From Patescibacteria group bacterium (GTDB lineage: Bacteria; Patescibacteriota; Minisyncoccia; UBA6257; 1-14-0-10-40-38), in NCBI GenBank assembly GCA_038064975.1, contig JBBTRX010000001.1:336-64335 (forward strand): a DNA stretch of 64,000 nucleotides, read 5' to 3'. The notes below the pieces were generated by a model. The model saw only the letters and a program-made list of their open reading frames with translations. It was not told the origin of the DNA and did not search any database. Both the position numbers and the translations under genes were made by a program. This document shows, one piece after another, positions 11,832 through 20,782 of this stretch (positions are counted from its first letter, which is position 1; each line of letters starts with the position of its first letter).

Positions 11832-13439
11832 TTATCTCCGTGTCCAATACGGAACACAAAACTCGCTTCCGCATTGGAAGCTTGTCAGCAATCCGGACCC
11901 GGAAATAGAATTAATAAAACCGACAAGAGGGAGTCCGTGTGAGCCCACAAATACCGCCGCGCCGGGAGCCGCATAAAATTCAGAGGGGGAGAGACCGAAA
12001 TAATCTGCTCCAGTAAGAACCAATCTTGTTTCCTTAAATTCATCGTTACCAGATACATCTTTACCACAAAACTCGTTACCACATCGTATAAAATAAAGAT
12101 TATTATTATCATTTCCTGGATCCGTTGTGGAATAAATCAAGATGGGCGTGCCATGAACACTCGTCGCCGCACGAATTGAAGTAACGCTTACTCCAGAAGA
12201 AAATGTTTTTATCACATCTGTTGATGGTGTAGAACATGAAATATCATCACATTTTGTAACACGTAAAGTCGCATTACCTCCCTCTGACGTATGAAAAATG
12301 AGAGGAGTACCATCACGAGAAATAACAATAGCGTTTAATTTGCCAACAACCGTAATGCCGCTGGATGGCCAATCTAAAGGATCATCTAATTTAACAGGGT
12401 TAGTGGATGCCGAACAATTTGTTGTTCTACATCTGATAAATTTCAATGTATTTCCATCATCTCCATCTTGATACGCAATAATCGGAAAAACATTGATACC
12501 GAGCGTAAATGCAAGATAATCAAACGCACCAGAGATTAACGTAAGATCTTCTTTGCTCGCACAAGCAGGATCATAGCAATGAATAACCTTAATCGGGTTA
12601 CCCGAACCAAGTCGGATTGAAATTATGACAGGATTACCATCCCCTCCAATAATCATATCTGCTGATTGAGTATTAGTATCTACAACAATAGAAGAGTTTG
12701 TAGCACAATTTAAAGAAGTACAAGCCAAGAAACGAGTCGCCGTACTAAAGAGTGATTTATTTTTAATAAGCACTATAGGATAATCACCCGGACCCGGCTT
12801 TGCGCTTAATATTTCAGGTAATTTATTATTTAGCCCCATAAGGGTATATGCGATGACAGGAGAGTCAGCAAGAGAGCAGTCTATTTTGCGACATCGTAGT
12901 GCATATACGTTCTTATCTCCCTCATTAACACCCTGCTCAGCAAGTGTGTAAAAAAAGATTGGCGTTCCATCACGATTAACGGTAAACGCAGATGTTTGGA
13001 CATCGCCAGCAATAAGAAAAGAAGTTACTACATGAGGGAGGGGAACTTTGGCATTTCTATCATAACGCTGTTGAATTCCATCTATCGTAATACCCCCACC
13101 GGAAAGACTAAGGGGTGCTGTTATAGTACTCGTCCCGATACCAAGTGCGACTTCCACATTTAATCCATTTGCTACCGCAGAAAGACTGGCTCCCTGCGAC
13201 GTACTCGCGATAGAAAGAGATCCGTTAATACTCAAAGCATTTAGCGCATTTTCCGTATTAATACCGATAAAGCCATTTGATGCTCTATGAATAGTTCCTG
13301 ATGTATTAGGAGGGCCACCGCCGGGACCATCCCATCCCCTCACAACGCCTGCGATAAGAAGGCCAAGAAAAAGAAAAGAAAAAAGACCAATGAGAATTGA
13401 ATGCCTTTTTTCTGAAAAATTAAATTTAGTATTTTCCAT
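11832..13439 (-). CDS. surface repeat protein, paralog 3
   Basis: Same architecture as paralogs 1 and 2, C-terminus CVPYWTRR. Confidence 0.6.
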   Translation of the reverse strand: MENTKFNFSEKRHSILIGLFSFLFLGLLIAGVVRGWDGPGGGPPNTSGTIHRASNGFIGINTENALNALSINGSLSIASTSQGASLSAVANGLNVEVALGIGTSTITAPLSLSGGGITIDGIQQRYDRNAKVPLPHVVTSFLIAGDVQTSAFTVNRDGTPIFFYTLAEQGVNEGDKNVYALRCRKIDCSLADSPVIAYTLMGLNNKLPEILSAKPGPGDYPIVLIKNKSLFSTATRFLACTSLNCATNSSIVVDTNTQSADMIIGGDGNPVIISIRLGSGNPIKVIHCYDPACASKEDLTLISGAFDYLAFTLGINVFPIIAYQDGDDGNTLKFIRCRTTNCSASTNPVKLDDPLDWPSSGITVVGKLNAIVISRDGTPLIFHTSEGGNATLRVTKCDDISCSTPSTDVIKTFSSGVSVTSIRAATSVHGTPILIYSTTDPGNDNNNLYFIRCGNEFCGKDVSGNDEFKETRLVLTGADYFGLSPSEFYAAPGAAVFVGSHGLPLVGFINSISGSGLLTSFQCGSEFCVPYWTRR

Positions 13440-13530
13440 TGCGCTTGGCTTTGCTGTGCTTTAAACGTTTCTTCAATTATAATTGTCTTTACAGGAGTTA
13501 CCTAAGTTTTGTGTGGATAAGATAAGCGCT

Positions 13531-14916
13531 ATGAAGATATACAACACACTTTCACAGGCAAAGAACATGCTTAAGAAGCCCGAATCAGGCCCCATCCGGC
13601 TTTTTGTATGTGGCCCTACCGTCTACAACGAACTCCATATCGGTAACGCACGTGTATACATTGTCTTTGATGTTTTTGCGCGGTACCTCCGAAGCACAGG
13701 CGCAGCTCTGAGATACGTCCAAAACATTACCGACATTGACGACAAGATAATCGCACGCGCTAAAGAAGAAGACATGAGTCCCAAGCGCCTAGCAGAAAAA
13801 TATACGCGCATATTTAAAGAAGATATGCGATCGCTAAATATCAACTCAGTAGATACGTATGCATCGGCCACAGAATACATTCCGGAAATAATCGCGCAAG
13901 TTGAACGCCTGATTGAAAAAAAACACGCGTACAAAATAACTGGCGATGGTTATTATTTTGATCTCGCTACATTTCCCCATTACGGCAAGCTCGCACACAG
14001 GACAATAGAACAAGCAGAAGATGGAACATCGCGCATTGATGAAAATCCTAACAAACGAAACAAGGGAGATTTCTGTGTGTGGAAATTTTCACGCGAAGGA
14101 GAACCAAGTTGGCAAGCGCCCTTCGGCATCGGACGACCGGGTTGGCATATTGAGGACACCGCAATTTCGGAAAAACATTTCGGTCCGCAGTATGAGATAC
14201 ACGGTGGAGGCATTGATCTAAAATTTCCGCATCACGAAGCAGAAATCGCCCAGCAAGAATCCGCTTCCGGCAAACGCCCATTTGTACAACTCTGGATGCA
14301 TACCGGATTGCTCACGGTGCGTGGAAAAAAAATGAGTAAGAGCGGCGGCAATTTTATTACCATTCGGCAATTTCTAAACGACCATAGCGCGAATAGTTTG
14401 CGTCTTACGGTCTTACAAAACCATTATCGTTCCTCAGTTGATTACACAGAAGAATCCGCTCTCGGAGCCGAAACCGCGTGGAGATCGTTTATTCAGCATA
14501 TTGAAAAATTAAGAATGCAATCAAGATTTTCCAGCACCGGCACCGCCCTCTTTCCTCTCCAGACATATGACGAGCGTTTTACAAGCGCAATGGAAGACGA
14601 CCTGAATACCCCAGAAGCAATCGCCACTCTCTTTAGCGCAATGCACGATATGCAAGCCGGCCTCTGGCGTATCTCTCCCAAAAGCGCGGGTGAAGCAAGG
14701 CGCTGGTTTATGAGAAAATTAACTCTCCTCGGCTTTACGCGCCTTAAGCACCCCGTTTCCATTTTCGCCCGCATTTTGGCATGGCGACGGGAGTTATTCA
14801 GGCGTCGTAAACACTTTATCCAGTCAGACATCTTGCGCGCTCACGTTGAGCGGCTAGGATATACCATAGAGGACACGCCGCGAGGCCCGCTCATCTTGCC
14901 TCAGCGTTTGCAGTAA
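13531..14916 (+). CDS. cysS: cysteinyl-tRNA synthetase
   Basis: HIGH (HIGN) and KMSKS motifs. Start set at the ATG of MKIYNTL. Confidence 0.9.
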   Translation: MKIYNTLSQAKNMLKKPESGPIRLFVCGPTVYNELHIGNARVYIVFDVFARYLRSTGAALRYVQNITDIDDKIIARAKEEDMSPKRLAEKYTRIFKEDMRSLNINSVDTYASATEYIPEIIAQVERLIEKKHAYKITGDGYYFDLATFPHYGKLAHRTIEQAEDGTSRIDENPNKRNKGDFCVWKFSREGEPSWQAPFGIGRPGWHIEDTAISEKHFGPQYEIHGGGIDLKFPHHEAEIAQQESASGKRPFVQLWMHTGLLTVRGKKMSKSGGNFITIRQFLNDHSANSLRLTVLQNHYRSSVDYTEESALGAETAWRSFIQHIEKLRMQSRFSSTGTALFPLQTYDERFTSAMEDDLNTPEAIATLFSAMHDMQAGLWRISPKSAGEARRWFMRKLTLLGFTRLKHPVSIFARILAWRRELFRRRKHFIQSDILRAHVERLGYTIEDTPRGPLILPQRLQ

Positions 14917-14921
14917 GACAC

Positions 14922-16268
14922 ATGAACCCAAAGATTCCCCCACAAAATATAGAAGCAGAAACTTCTATCTTAGGAGCGCTAATGTTAGACAAAGAAGCGA
15001 TTGTAAAAATCGCCGACGTGCTCCACGCATCAGATTTTTATAAGCCGACACATTCCACGCTCTACTCCACCATCCTTTCCCTCTACGAGCGCCATGAGCC
15101 GATTGATGTCGTAAGTGTAACTGCACGACTCAAAGCTTCGGAACAACTAGAATCTATCGGCGGATCATCGTATCTCGCCCAGCTCGTAACTTCCGTGCCA
15201 ACGTCTTCGCACGTTGCCCATTATGCGAAACTCGTACGCGAGAAAAAAATTCTCCGTGATCTTATTAATGTATCCGCAGAGATTACAGAAAACGCGTTCC
15301 GCCCTGAAGATGATTTAGAAAATGTTCTGGACGATGTTGAACAAAAAGTCTTCGCAATTTCTCAACGATCCATCTCGCAGAAATTCAGCGCCGTCAAAGA
15401 CGAACTCGGTGCCGCATACGAACGTATTGAAAAATTGCATCGCGGCGAAGGGTTGATTCGCGGCGTACCAACAGGATTTAAAGATGTAGATAATATTCTT
15501 TCAGGATTCCAACGTTCCGATTTGGTTATTCTCGGTGCCCGTCCGTCGCTCGGAAAAACATCGTTCGCGCTTGATATCGCACGCCACGTGGCCATGAAAC
15601 AAAAAGAGCCGGTTGGATTTTTCTCACTAGAAATGTCCCGGGAACAAGTCGTAGACCGCCTTATTTCCGCTGAAGCACAAGTTCCGCTCTGGAAATTACG
15701 CACGGGGCGCCTTTCAGATAAAACAGATTTTGAACTTATCCAACATGCGCTAGACACCCTTTCTCGCGCGCCATTCTTTATTGACGACACGCCATCCCCC
15801 AACATTCTACAAATGCGCTCTATGGCACGAAGATTGCAATCAGAGCATGGGCTTTCCCTGCTTGTTGTTGATTATCTCCAGCTTATTATGCCGCGTACCA
15901 ATTCCGATAACATGGTCCAGCAAATTACCGAAATCTCGCGTGGACTCAAAGGCTTGGCACGCGAACTCAATGTCCCCGTGCTCGCACTCTCACAACTTTC
16001 GCGTGCCGTTGATCAACGCGAAATAAAAGTTCCCCGCCTCTCTGATTTGCGCGAATCAGGATCTATTGAACAAGACGCGGATGTCGTTATGTTTATCTAT
16101 CGTAAAGATCGTGACAAAACAACCGTCCTACCCGAAGAAGAAAATCAGGCAGAAATCATTGTAGCAAAACACCGCAACGGCCCCTTGGGAACAGTACGCC
16201 TACGCTTTGATCAAGAGAAAGCAAGCTTCCAGACGATTGATAGGGCGCATGTAACAGAGGAAATATAA
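14922..16268 (+). CDS. dnaB: replicative DNA helicase DnaB
   Basis: DnaB N-terminal domain plus a RecA-like domain with Walker A (GARPSLGKTSF). Confidence 0.9.
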   Translation: MNPKIPPQNIEAETSILGALMLDKEAIVKIADVLHASDFYKPTHSTLYSTILSLYERHEPIDVVSVTARLKASEQLESIGGSSYLAQLVTSVPTSSHVAHYAKLVREKKILRDLINVSAEITENAFRPEDDLENVLDDVEQKVFAISQRSISQKFSAVKDELGAAYERIEKLHRGEGLIRGVPTGFKDVDNILSGFQRSDLVILGARPSLGKTSFALDIARHVAMKQKEPVGFFSLEMSREQVVDRLISAEAQVPLWKLRTGRLSDKTDFELIQHALDTLSRAPFFIDDTPSPNILQMRSMARRLQSEHGLSLLVVDYLQLIMPRTNSDNMVQQITEISRGLKGLARELNVPVLALSQLSRAVDQREIKVPRLSDLRESGSIEQDADVVMFIYRKDRDKTTVLPEEENQAEIIVAKHRNGPLGTVRLRFDQEKASFQTIDRAHVTEEI

Positions 16269-16276
16269 TAGCTTAC

Positions 16277-16364
16277 TGTATCGATACTAATATACAAATG
16301 ATACAAATATTATTTTTCACTTCTTATTTCTATTTTCTAGATTCTATTTTCTAGATTCTATTCC
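16277..16364. repeat. 88-bp repeat, copy 2, immediately upstream of the recR ATG
   Basis: See 11722..11809. It ends exactly at the recR start codon. Confidence 0.8.
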
Positions 16365-16976
16365 ATGTTCCCTCGCCCTATTCAAAAATTTATTGACGCG
16401 TTCTCCGCGCTTCCCTCTATAGGCCCACGCCAAGCAACACGGCTTGCTTTTCATATTCTGAAATTAGGAAAAGCATCAATACAAGAATTAACCGATGCAG
16501 TGGCAAGTCTCGGCACTATACAGACGTGTTCCCGATGTTTTGTCCCCTATGAAGCAAATCTGGCTGCTTCAGAAATAACACTCTGCTGGATCTGCTCCAA
16601 TAAAGAGCGGAACCAATCCATCATTGCGATTGTAGAAAAACCGACCGATCTTATCGCACTTGAGAAAACAAAGAAGTATAAAGGGCGCTATCTTGTTCTG
16701 GGAGAGCTAGATCGCGACGGCATTTTGGACACAGAACAAAAACTGCGGATCGCTAATGTAAAGCGGACTATTGAAAAAGAATTTGGCATGGCGGAAGAAA
16801 TTCTGATCGCATTAAACCCTACAACCCTGGGCGATATTGATTCCGCTCTTATCATGCAGGAATTAAAACCAATCGCAAAAAAAATAACACGCCTCGGAAG
16901 AGGCCTGCCTACGGGAGGAGAAATAGAATTTGCCGATGACGAAACGCTCTCCGGTGCTCTTGATGGAAGAAGGTGA
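16365..16976 (+). CDS. recR: recombination protein RecR
   Basis: HhH, a C4 zinc finger (CSRC...CWIC) and a Toprim domain. Confidence 0.9.
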   Translation: MFPRPIQKFIDAFSALPSIGPRQATRLAFHILKLGKASIQELTDAVASLGTIQTCSRCFVPYEANLAASEITLCWICSNKERNQSIIAIVEKPTDLIALEKTKKYKGRYLVLGELDRDGILDTEQKLRIANVKRTIEKEFGMAEEILIALNPTTLGDIDSALIMQELKPIAKKITRLGRGLPTGGEIEFADDETLSGALDGRR

Positions 16977-17082
16977 GGATACGGGGTAGAGGGTATGGCC
17001 ACTAGCCAATAGAATTGAGATAAAAAAGAACGCCTCCGAAAGGCGACTCTTTTTTATTTTCACTCCTCAACTGATCAACTCG

Positions 17083-17403
17083 TTAACTGTTTTTGATTCC
17101 CGTAATTTCTACTTCAGTAAACGGTTGGCGATGGCCTTTCTTTTTCTTATATCTCGTCTTGGAGTGATACTTAAATACTATCTTTTTCTCATCCCGGCCT
17201 TGCATAAGGACTTTTCCAGCAACCGTAGCGCCTTTTACGCGCGGATCACCTATAACAACGTCATCACCGTTTACGACGAGTAAAACCGAATCAAAAGAGA
17301 CCTGAGATCCAGTTTCAGCTTCAAGCTTTTCAATTTTTATTTTTGAGCCGGATTCAACGCGATATTGCTTACCTCCCGTCTCAATGACTGCGAATGTTTT
17401 CAT
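17083..17403 (-). CDS. rplU: 50S ribosomal protein L21
   Basis: MKTFAVIETGGKQYRV... is classic L21. Confidence 0.9.
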   Translation of the reverse strand: MKTFAVIETGGKQYRVESGSKIKIEKLEAETGSQVSFDSVLLVVNGDDVVIGDPRVKGATVAGKVLMQGRDEKKIVFKYHSKTRYKKKKGHRQPFTEVEITGIKNS

Positions 17404-17412
17404 GGGTTTCGT

Positions 17413-17772
17413 TCAATTGGCTGAAATAATAACACCCACCGCAATGAAAATCAAGACCACGAGAAAAATATTAAAATAGGCAAGCAAATAGGATACAAAA
17501 CGGGATTTATCATAAAGGGCGTATGCAAGGAGCGAATTCATGGCCCACGCCATTACTCCCGACACGATAATAGTAAAAACGTCATAGCGAGTACCGGAAA
17601 ATCCGGGCATCGTCTCCCCGGGCGCTCGAAGAACCAGAAGATGGCCAACATCCCACAGCTGGTATCCTGTAATCACAGCTAATACTGTAAGCAACGCACC
17701 AGCGATAAGGAGCGGATTGCGTATAAAAGCATCTTTTGCCATGCGCCGTAAGCGCGCCTTGTAATTATCCAT
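17413..17772 (-). CDS. hypothetical membrane protein
   Basis: About four predicted TM helices. Start trimmed to the ATG of MDNYKARL. Confidence 0.4.
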   Translation of the reverse strand: MDNYKARLRRMAKDAFIRNPLLIAGALLTVLAVITGYQLWDVGHLLVLRAPGETMPGFSGTRYDVFTIIVSGVMAWAMNSLLAYALYDKSRFVSYLLAYFNIFLVVLIFIAVGVIISAN

Positions 17773-17843
17773 ACTTATCCAATAGTAAAAGCAGAAACAA
17801 AAAAAAGATAGCCCCAAATACCTTCGGGGCTACATTCATTGAT

Positions 17844-18590
17844 CTAAAAATTGAAAACAAACGAACAATTCTCTCCCCTAACCCAACGAATAATGCTGTG
17901 AAGAGGAGTTACATACCCAACATCTACTTGAAGTGGTTCTCCCGCCTCGGGATTTCCAAGCATCTTCGTGTAAACTCCAATAAGTTCTCCGGTAGTCACA
18001 AGGAATACTCCACCACCCGACGACCCCAAGTATCCAGGAGCATTGATGGTGATAAGGTTCTCCTCTCGCGAAAGGACTTCCCCACACTCTCGGAATGGAC
18101 CAATACCGCGAGGATAGCTCACAAGATAGATATTGTCGCCTAGCTGAACACGGCCAGTGAGCCCGACACTACGAACACAAGCTTGGCGATGAATTTTATT
18201 TGACTCAAAAACTAATACAGCAATATCGTAAACATCATTACGCATACAAATCTTCGCTTCGTACGTATCACCCGACAACGTACGAATATAAGCGAAATCC
18301 ATACCTCGTACGGTATGATTGGCGCTCAAGAGATAATATTTACGATAAAGTCGAGCGCCATCGTAAAACAAAGCGGAACGAGAAACGATGACTCCACTTC
18401 CCAATACTTTCTCACTCAAGCCGTCAAGAATACATACAACTGGATTCTTGAGAGAGCGATCTTCTTCTCCTTCAAAAAAATATCCTGATTCTTGTGTTTC
18501 TTGTCCGTAAACAGGCGCAAAATGCTTTTGCCCCGCGCATGAAGCGCTGACCAGCACAAGAATGATGACGAAACATACCTTGCTTAGCAT
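17844..18590 (-). CDS. trypsin-like (S1 family) serine protease, secreted
   Basis: Catalytic triad context: LLSANHTV (His), DIAVL (Asp), GSSGGGVF (Ser). There is a signal peptide. Start trimmed to the ATG of MLSKVC, preceded by AAGGAAGGGGA. Confidence 0.6.
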   Translation of the reverse strand: MLSKVCFVIILVLVSASCAGQKHFAPVYGQETQESGYFFEGEEDRSLKNPVVCILDGLSEKVLGSGVIVSRSALFYDGARLYRKYYLLSANHTVRGMDFAYIRTLSGDTYEAKICMRNDVYDIAVLVFESNKIHRQACVRSVGLTGRVQLGDNIYLVSYPRGIGPFRECGEVLSREENLITINAPGYLGSSGGGVFLVTTGELIGVYTKMLGNPEAGEPLQVDVGYVTPLHSIIRWVRGENCSFVFNF

Positions 18591-18766
18591 GACCACTCCC
18601 CTTCCTTCTGTTTTGTACTCCAATCAAAGACCGGCACTCAATATACTGAAAAATAAGCAAAAGGGCAAATGAAAACTATGTGGGCTTATAAAAAAGCCGC
18701 CATTGGTCATAAACCATTGGCGGCGAAAGGCTCGGAATATATCTCATACCATATTAAGAGCCTAGC

Positions 18767-19111
18767 TTAACCCCTACCCCAACCCCTTCCTCTTTCCCAA
18801 TTCTCCCGGTCTACCTGCTCAATAAAACGACCATGCATAACATCGTAGACTTGGGTCAGAGTAACGACAAAAACACAACAAATTCCCATCAATACAAGTC
18901 CGAGAAAACTTCTAATACCTACTACAAGGCTACAGATGCCAATAGCGAATGCAAGAACATACAAGGAGAGATTCAGCGGACCCCAAGCCCACCGTTTTAG
19001 GAGCTCATCTACTCTCTGTTCGTCCGACAACATCTGACCCCAGAATGAATCCTTTCCATCTCGTCTCGCCAAAGATTCCAAAAAAACATCACTTTGTCCA
19101 CGCACGCGCAT
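18767..19111 (-). CDS. hypothetical small membrane protein
   Basis: 114-aa ORF with two TM helices. A terminator hairpin lies downstream at ~18690-18730. Confidence 0.4.
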   Translation of the reverse strand: MRVRGQSDVFLESLARRDGKDSFWGQMLSDEQRVDELLKRWAWGPLNLSLYVLAFAIGICSLVVGIRSFLGLVLMGICCVFVVTLTQVYDVMHGRFIEQVDRENWERGRGWGRG

Positions 19112-19383
19112 GTTTAACTCCTTGAGTTAAAGCTCAGTTGAAGAAACCCGAAAGGACGATGAACTAATAAAAATTATATCATATTAGATGCATTACGTCA
19201 AGCACGCCCCACGGAGAGCCTTACGTCGTCCGGCTTTGCCGGACTCTTTAAAAACCGACGGTTTTTAACTATTTTCCTCCACGAAGGGAACCTGGTAACT
19301 TTCCCTCCGACCCACCCTCCGTTCGATTCTCCAAAAACAGAAATAAAAAAATACTCCACAAAATATAGAGCATTTTTTATTTG

Positions 19384-19455
19384 CGCTCCCACGGAGAATC
19401 GAACTCCGGTTTCAAGGATGAGAACCTTGCGTCCTAGCCACTAGACGATGAGAGC
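19384..19455 (-). tRNA. tRNA-Glu (anticodon CTC)
   Basis: Cloverleaf GCTCTCA...GTCTAGTGGCTAGGAC...loop TTCTCAT...GTTCGATTC...TGGGAGC-G. No encoded CCA. Confidence 0.75.
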
Positions 19456-19496
19456 TTCCACTTTATCTTGTTGTCACAAGAAGCACCTTTACGGGA

Positions 19497-20777
19497 TTAA
19501 ATTTTTATTTCATCCACGAGTACCTGCAACCCAATACCACGCGAGGCCTTTATTAAAACCAAATCCCCTTTTTTAAGCAAGTCTTGAAGCGGCAAACGAG
19601 CTTCGTCCGCGGTATCAAAACTCATGATGTTTCTTTTTTCCATCCCGAGAGAACGCGCAGACTGCGCAATGAATTTAGCCCGAGGACCAACAGTAACGAG
19701 TACGTCAAAAACTTTGGCAACCGCTTTTCCCAACGCTTCATGTGCGGGAATAGCGTATTCCCCGAGTTCAAGCATATCGCCTAAGACTGCAATCTTTCGC
19801 GACCCAGGGATATCACGGACCGCTTCAATTGCCGCTTCAGTGGAAAGCGGTGAGGCATTATACGCATCGTCAATAATCCACGTTTCTTTTACGCCGGAGA
19901 TAAGGCGCATCCGATGATCAGGATGCTGATACGACTTTAATGCCTCTTCGGTGCGCACGAGATGAATACCAAATGCTATACCTGCACATGCCGCAGATGC
20001 CGCCGCGTATGCCGCCGATTTTCCAAACACGCCATCAATGCGTATCGGGACAACATTGCCTCCATAATTTAATTTGAAGGATATGCCGGTCGGTCGCTTA
20101 TCTTCCACTTTATTTTCAAAATTTGTAATGCGCATTTCAGCGCGCGATGAAAAACCAAATGTCATTACATGGGCGCGCGTACGATCCCGCATTGCAAATA
20201 CCGCTTCATCATCGGCATTTAAAATAGCAACGCCAGTACTCTGGAGCGATTCCAAAATTCTCCCCTTCTCCCGATAGAGCGCTTCAACATTGGGATAATT
20301 TTCTACATGCACGGGAGTCTCTCCTATGGCAGTAAGAACGCCAATCTGAGGGCGCGCTATGGATAAGAGATATTTGATATCGCCGGGAGCTTGCGCACCG
20401 TACTCCAAGACCAGCAATTCCGGATAACGCGCACGAGGCAGAAAGATAATTCTTAAAACCGCGAGAATAAGTATTTTTGACCAAAAAAATATCTTCCCAA
20501 TACGCCGTCCACCCGCCTGCTCCATTTTACTCACGAAACGGATGTCTCGTTCTGACCAGCCACCTAAAATAGCGAGTGGCAGGCCGAATTCATTATTCAA
20601 GCTTTCCGGATCAACACGAACACGGCGCATGGACTTCAAAACCGTCGCAATCGCCATTTTTGCCGATGTTTTGCCTACGCTTCCGGTAATACCAATAATA
20701 CCCGGATCAAATTTCCGTATTGTAAGACGGGCAAGAACCCGCAATGTTGCCGCTAGTTGTTCGCGAAGCCAATACAT
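19497..20777 (-). CDS. murF: UDP-N-acetylmuramoyl-tripeptide--D-alanyl-D-alanine ligase
   Basis: Mur ligase P-loop GITGSVGKTS and a DDAYNASP motif. Confidence 0.85.
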   Translation of the reverse strand: MYWLREQLAATLRVLARLTIRKFDPGIIGITGSVGKTSAKMAIATVLKSMRRVRVDPESLNNEFGLPLAILGGWSERDIRFVSKMEQAGGRRIGKIFFWSKILILAVLRIIFLPRARYPELLVLEYGAQAPGDIKYLLSIARPQIGVLTAIGETPVHVENYPNVEALYREKGRILESLQSTGVAILNADDEAVFAMRDRTRAHVMTFGFSSRAEMRITNFENKVEDKRPTGISFKLNYGGNVVPIRIDGVFGKSAAYAAASAACAGIAFGIHLVRTEEALKSYQHPDHRMRLISGVKETWIIDDAYNASPLSTEAAIEAVRDIPGSRKIAVLGDMLELGEYAIPAHEALGKAVAKVFDVLVTVGPRAKFIAQSARSLGMEKRNIMSFDTADEARLPLQDLLKKGDLVLIKASRGIGLQVLVDEIKI

Positions 20778-20782
20778 AATAA

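Noticed and set aside
19198-19392. 64-aa minus-strand ORF next to tRNA-Glu
   Set aside because: It overlaps the tRNA gene and a hairpin-rich spacer. No coding signal.
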